DNA from: Sedimentisphaerales bacterium
GTDB taxonomy: Bacteria > Planctomycetota > Phycisphaerae > Sedimentisphaerales > SM23-30
Length of the DNA stretch: 64,000 nucleotides
Assembly: GCA_963663805.2 (NCBI GenBank)
Contig: CAXXMR010000003.1
Coordinates: 201,769-265,768, forward strand
Reading direction: 5' to 3'
In this document: positions 60,272-64,000 of the stretch, piece by piece
How the letters are laid out: every line of letters starts with the position of its first letter
Position numbering within the stretch: position 1 is the first letter of the stretch
The notes under the pieces: generated by a model
What the model was told of the DNA's origin: nothing
The model's database searches: none
What the model saw: the letters and a program-made list of their open reading frames with translations, nothing else
Translations under genes and position numbers: made by a program

Positions 60272-61804
60272 TTAATTTTGGCTATACCTACGATGCCGAC
60301 AGCAATATCATCTCCAAACAGTTCAATCACCGTGCCGGCCTCGCTAATGTATATTCCTACGACACCCTTGACCGGATTACCGGTGCTGATTATACTAATG
60401 TTGTTGTAAGTCCTTTAGTTGATGAAAATTTCGTATACGACACCTTGGGTAATCGCATTACCCGCGACCTTGAAGTTGGAACCGATACTGTGTACAGCTC
60501 AAACGAGGTTAATGAATACACTGCCATAGGAGGAGCATCCGTCAGCCACGACTATGCTGGTAACTTTACCGCCGACCATCGTGGCTACACTTATGGATAT
60601 GACTACGAAAACCGTCTGACGGCGATTATGAAAGACTCCGGCAGTACAACTGTGGCGACCTTTGCTTATGATGCCCTGGGCAGACGAGTAGAATCAACTG
60701 GTAATACCTATGGTACATACAAATTCTACTACGATGGCTGGCGAGTTTTGCGTGAAGAACGTGTTGCTTTCAATAACGAATACGTCTACGGCAACTATCT
60801 TGATGAAGTTTGCATGATGAACCTCAGATTAAATGATGCTGTTCAAGCATATTCATACTACTTTGTCCACGACCACCTATACTCCACAGTCGCCTGGCTC
60901 TATAGCACCAGCGGAATTATCCACCGCTACGAATACAACGCCTACGGCCAGCGAAAAATCATGAACGCAGATTATACCGATGCTGCCTATTCGTTTAACC
61001 ACATAAGCTTCACCGGCCAACGACAAGATGACCTTGACGGTGGCAACCTTTCGCTAATGTACTACAAAAAACAGATACTACGATACCGGGACGGGGAGGT
61101 TTTTGACGAGAGATCGTTTTGGGAGTTCTGGAGTTTCTGATTTTGAGACTTATGGCATCCCTACTATTTTTGAGCCAATGCCTTTTGCTTATATGTATGT
61201 AGATGGGATGAATTTGTTCCAATACGCTATAAGTAATCCTATGCAATATGTAGATTTTTACGGATTATGGTTGGAAGATCTATGGTGTAAAGATCAATGT
61301 TCGCCTGGAACCTTTAAATGCAAAAAAATTAAACTTAAGGTTTCTATGATGGCAGGAGGGCTTGAGCTGGGAAGTATTGAAGATGAAGGCTGTGATGGTA
61401 TAGATAATATTGATACCTTAGACTATAAGAAGTTACACAAAAAACTTGGTACCTCAATTGCTCTCATAGGTGGATATTTTGGAAGTAGTTTTGCTATTGG
61501 TCTTGGTTTTCAATTTGAAGTTGAAATGAATTACGATTGTTGTAGTCATACAGAAGATTGTTTCTGTGCAGGAATTATTTCGGGGGGAAAGTGTTGGTAT
61601 TGGGATTGGGAAGGAAAATTTACGAAAACTAAAACTATTAAGACCAATTCAAATGATCCAACGGATCTAGATTCAGACAATCACGGTGGATTAGTTACTG
61701 GAGATTTAGACTTTCGAGCGTTAATTAATAGTGCTCGATCCCAACTATCAAGAGCTGCTAGTGGGGACTGTAGAAAAAAAGCTGCTGCTGCTGCAAGAAA
61801 ATAA
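60241..61804 (+). pseudogene. Orphan Rhs core + C-terminal toxin module with a +1 frameshift
   Basis: YD repeats (YTYDA, YSYDTLDR, YDYENRL, AYDALGRR), YEYNAYG, FTGQRQD. A6 run at 61066-61071 breaks YYKNRYYD..GRFLTRD; NPMQYVDFYGL precedes the C-terminal domain. Confidence 0.85.
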
Positions 61805-61816
61805 AGGTATTGCTCT

Positions 61817-62386
61817 GTGAAAAAAAACAGATTCAAAAAACTATTAAGTTTGTGCTTCGTTTTGATTTTGCTCACATGGCCAGCTTACAGGTATTTTGAT
61901 TATCGGGAATTATATTACTGGTCTAATTTCACGGATGATTCTCCGGAAAAACTTAAGGAAAGTGACAAGCATGGTAGTTTACCTGTAGATTTGGTTGATT
62001 TGAGACTACATGTCAATTCTGATATTATCGAGCAGGCAAGGAATGCATTTGTTGAGAATAGTCAGGTATTTGCTTTCTATATTTTTTTTCGAGACTATAT
62101 ATTATGTATATCTGAACCTGTTTATCCGGTAGGTCCAGACAAGGATCTTTCACATCCGAAAAATCCGCTGGCACTATTAAAACTTTGGTCATACGATCAT
62201 CATCTTGATTATATTTTTACGCAAAGAAAAACGATATTTTCAGCTATGTGCTTGAGTCCCAGTAAATATAATGATTACTGTGAAAAACTGTCTCAGAAAA
62301 TAAAAAATTATGCAAATAGTGGGGAGATACTATTTTTTGAAAATGACAATATTAATGCGATTTTAACTACTTTGGTCCAAATATGA
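61817..62386 (+). CDS. Hypothetical membrane-anchored protein, candidate Rhs immunity protein
   Basis: Immediately follows the Rhs C-terminal domain; N-terminal TM helix. Confidence 0.55.
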   Translation: MKKNRFKKLLSLCFVLILLTWPAYRYFDYRELYYWSNFTDDSPEKLKESDKHGSLPVDLVDLRLHVNSDIIEQARNAFVENSQVFAFYIFFRDYILCISEPVYPVGPDKDLSHPKNPLALLKLWSYDHHLDYIFTQRKTIFSAMCLSPSKYNDYCEKLSQKIKNYANSGEILFFENDNINAILTTLVQI

Positions 62387-62664
62387 CAATAATTGTAGGT
62401 TGGTTTGCAGAAGATTATGTACCTGGTCAAAAAATACCTGCACTTACTGGTGTCGTAGCTGCAAAGGATGATTCTGTAGCTCATTTGGTTGCTATTTTGC
62501 CACGCCATTCGAATATTGTCGAAAATGATTACTACATTGAAGTGAGTAAGATACTCTCTTCAATGGAGATAGTTAACTGTAAAACTGTAACTGGTGAGCA
62601 ATGGGACAAAATGATTGAGGCCACAGAAGATGTAATAAGGGAGCAAATTAAAGGGAGAATTTAA
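62383..62664 (+). CDS. Hypothetical protein
   Basis: ATGA overlap with the previous ORF. Confidence 0.5.
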   Translation: MTIIVGWFAEDYVPGQKIPALTGVVAAKDDSVAHLVAILPRHSNIVENDYYIEVSKILSSMEIVNCKTVTGEQWDKMIEATEDVIREQIKGRI

Positions 62665-62997
62665 AGTGTGCGGTCTTAGTAGGCAAATAATCATCTCGTC
62701 CGGTGTAAAAAATATTTATCTGTAACCCTTCCTTGTAAAATGACTTAAGATCGTTCCGGAGAATTTAATGTCTCCGGTACATTTTGTAGTTGTCAAACGT
62801 GTAGTTGTCAAGCAAGCGTGATACCGCTTTGCGCGGCTGAAAATTGAAATCTTGCTCTTTTTCAAGTTTATATGAGTTCTGGTTCAGCGTCATCAAAGGA
62901 TGCTGAATGGTAAATCGTCGGATTTTCGGGCGTTTCTCCTGTGAAACACAAAATCTGCGCGTACGTATTTTGTGATGAGGGCTGGAATTGACCAAGA

Positions 62998-63180
62998 TTC
63001 AAGCAGACTGTTTTAGCCGATAGCCCATTGTTCGGGTTTGGCTGAAAAACCGCTGCTCGATGTTGGGCGGCACTTCTTTAGCATCATGGCCGGGCATTTC
63101 TGGTCTATTGTCATAGAAGATATCATCCGGACGTAAGCCATCGAGTGACATGTGAGCCGCCATCGGTTGTACCAGGTTTG
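62998..63180 (-). pseudogene. 3' remnant of an integrase-core (rve-type) transposase
   Basis: Manual translation gives WYNRWR/(1-nt shift)/HMSLDGLRPDD..., the YN..RPH.SL tail of integrase-core domains. Confidence 0.55.
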
Positions 63181-63263
63181 TTGTATGAGAAGTATGAGGC
63201 GAAAGGCTCTGACTTACCGTTCGTTACTGTTTATCAATAGCAAAGTTGGATCCATCAGCTTAC

Positions 63264-63686
63264 TCACGCCACATCCTCACAAGCCCCCCTCACACCCACC
63301 ACCTCCCGCCACAATCGCCGCTGTTTGCGCCAGTCAAGCACGGCGGTAAGCGGCCGCACCATAATCTCCCGGACGGGGTCGCGGCCCGAGTACGTAGGAG
63401 GCAGAAAAAGGATCTCTTCCTGGATATCCGGGGCCAACATAAGCAGGTTCATAATCTGGGTGACTCGGGCCCGGCTGACGTGCCCGAGTCGCGCGAGCTC
63501 GGCCTGATCGGTGATTTCGCCGTCCCGAATAAACCGCTCAAACTTCAAGGCCAGGGCCATCATTTTCGAGATGCGCGGTATTCGACCTTCCACACGGGGT
63601 CGCGGACGCGGCCCTTCTTGAATTACCTTGCGACTGTTGCGTCCCCGGCCAAAATGTACCTGACGTTCAATAGTGAGTTTTTTCAT
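63264..63686 (-). CDS. Serine-recombinase-associated HTH protein
   Basis: RIPRISKMMALA..GE..DQAELARLGHVSRARVTQIMNLL.LAPDIQE.IL; ATGA overlap with the recombinase gene. Confidence 0.75.
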   Translation of the reverse strand: MKKLTIERQVHFGRGRNSRKVIQEGPRPRPRVEGRIPRISKMMALALKFERFIRDGEITDQAELARLGHVSRARVTQIMNLLMLAPDIQEEILFLPPTYSGRDPVREIMVRPLTAVLDWRKQRRLWREVVGVRGACEDVA

Positions 63687-64000
63687 ACTGCGACCTCCTC
63701 TCGGTTAAGTTCATCGCTTAGCGTCCTGATTCCTGTGGGATGGAAGGTGATGGCCACGGTGCCATTTTCTCCATCATAATCCACCCGTTCAATGAGTAAA
63801 TGCAGAATACGGGCCTGTTCCCGGGCGGTGAGTGTTTCCCAGAGTGGGTCGAACAGGGCGCAGGCTTCACTTACTTCGCGGGCGTCCACCAGCTCGCGCG
63901 ACAGGGTCGCAATCTGCCCAGATACCTCCGTAGCCCGCTGCCGGGAAGTACGGATGCGGTCCTGAACATCGGCCATACGGGCCAGAGTTACGCTGTCCCG
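63683..64000 (-). CDS. Large serine recombinase, C-terminal part (5' end outside the window)
   Basis: Coiled coil then FDPLWETL..REQARIL.LLIERVDYD..G.V.I.FHPTG; GC-rich. Confidence 0.7.
   Translation of the reverse strand, partial: RDSVTLARMADVQDRIRTSRQRATEVSGQIATLSRELVDAREVSEACALFDPLWETLTAREQARILHLLIERVDYDGENGTVAITFHPTGIRTLSDELNREEVAV

Noticed and set aside
153..63779. Many antisense or nested ORFs in the six-frame track (e.g. 1161-1709, 35272-35793, 46212-46799, 63246-63779)
   Set aside because: They are shadows of well-supported genes on the other strand or frame and have no motifs.
1..64000. CRISPR array, rRNA or tRNA genes
   Set aside because: No regularly spaced repeats or recognisable structural RNA genes seen by eye.

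Overview
Bacterial chromosomal window, probably from an anaerobic planctomycete of the Phycisphaerae type. This is inferred from the many PEP-CTERM proteins, single dockerin-like C-terminal tails and DUF1559-like prepilin proteins. It contains five nutrient-linked gene blocks: corrinoid salvage (cobT-cobS-cobC-btuF-cobO-cobQ; btuF is split by an IS66 and cobQ is frameshifted), a Fur/Zur-type metal block with a CxxC/RAPP leader ORF, anaerobic heme use (ChaN, HutW-like radical SAM fused to an ECF S-component, ECF T/A, flavodoxins, HemP), ferrous iron (DtxR-FeoA, FeoB) and glycan use (GntR, LamG proteins, GH1, GH2). Each block carries the same three-part surface cassette: a PEP-CTERM protein, a dockerin-tailed secreted protein (in 4 of 5 cases a visible paralog of the PEP-CTERM protein) and a prepilin-type protein. 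No TonB-dependent receptor is present, which suggests a modular, possibly undescribed nutrient-capture system. The window also has three IS elements with mapped ends, several gene remnants, an orphan frameshifted Rhs toxin module and the end of a serine-recombinase element. All product calls come from motif recognition by eye; no searches were run.
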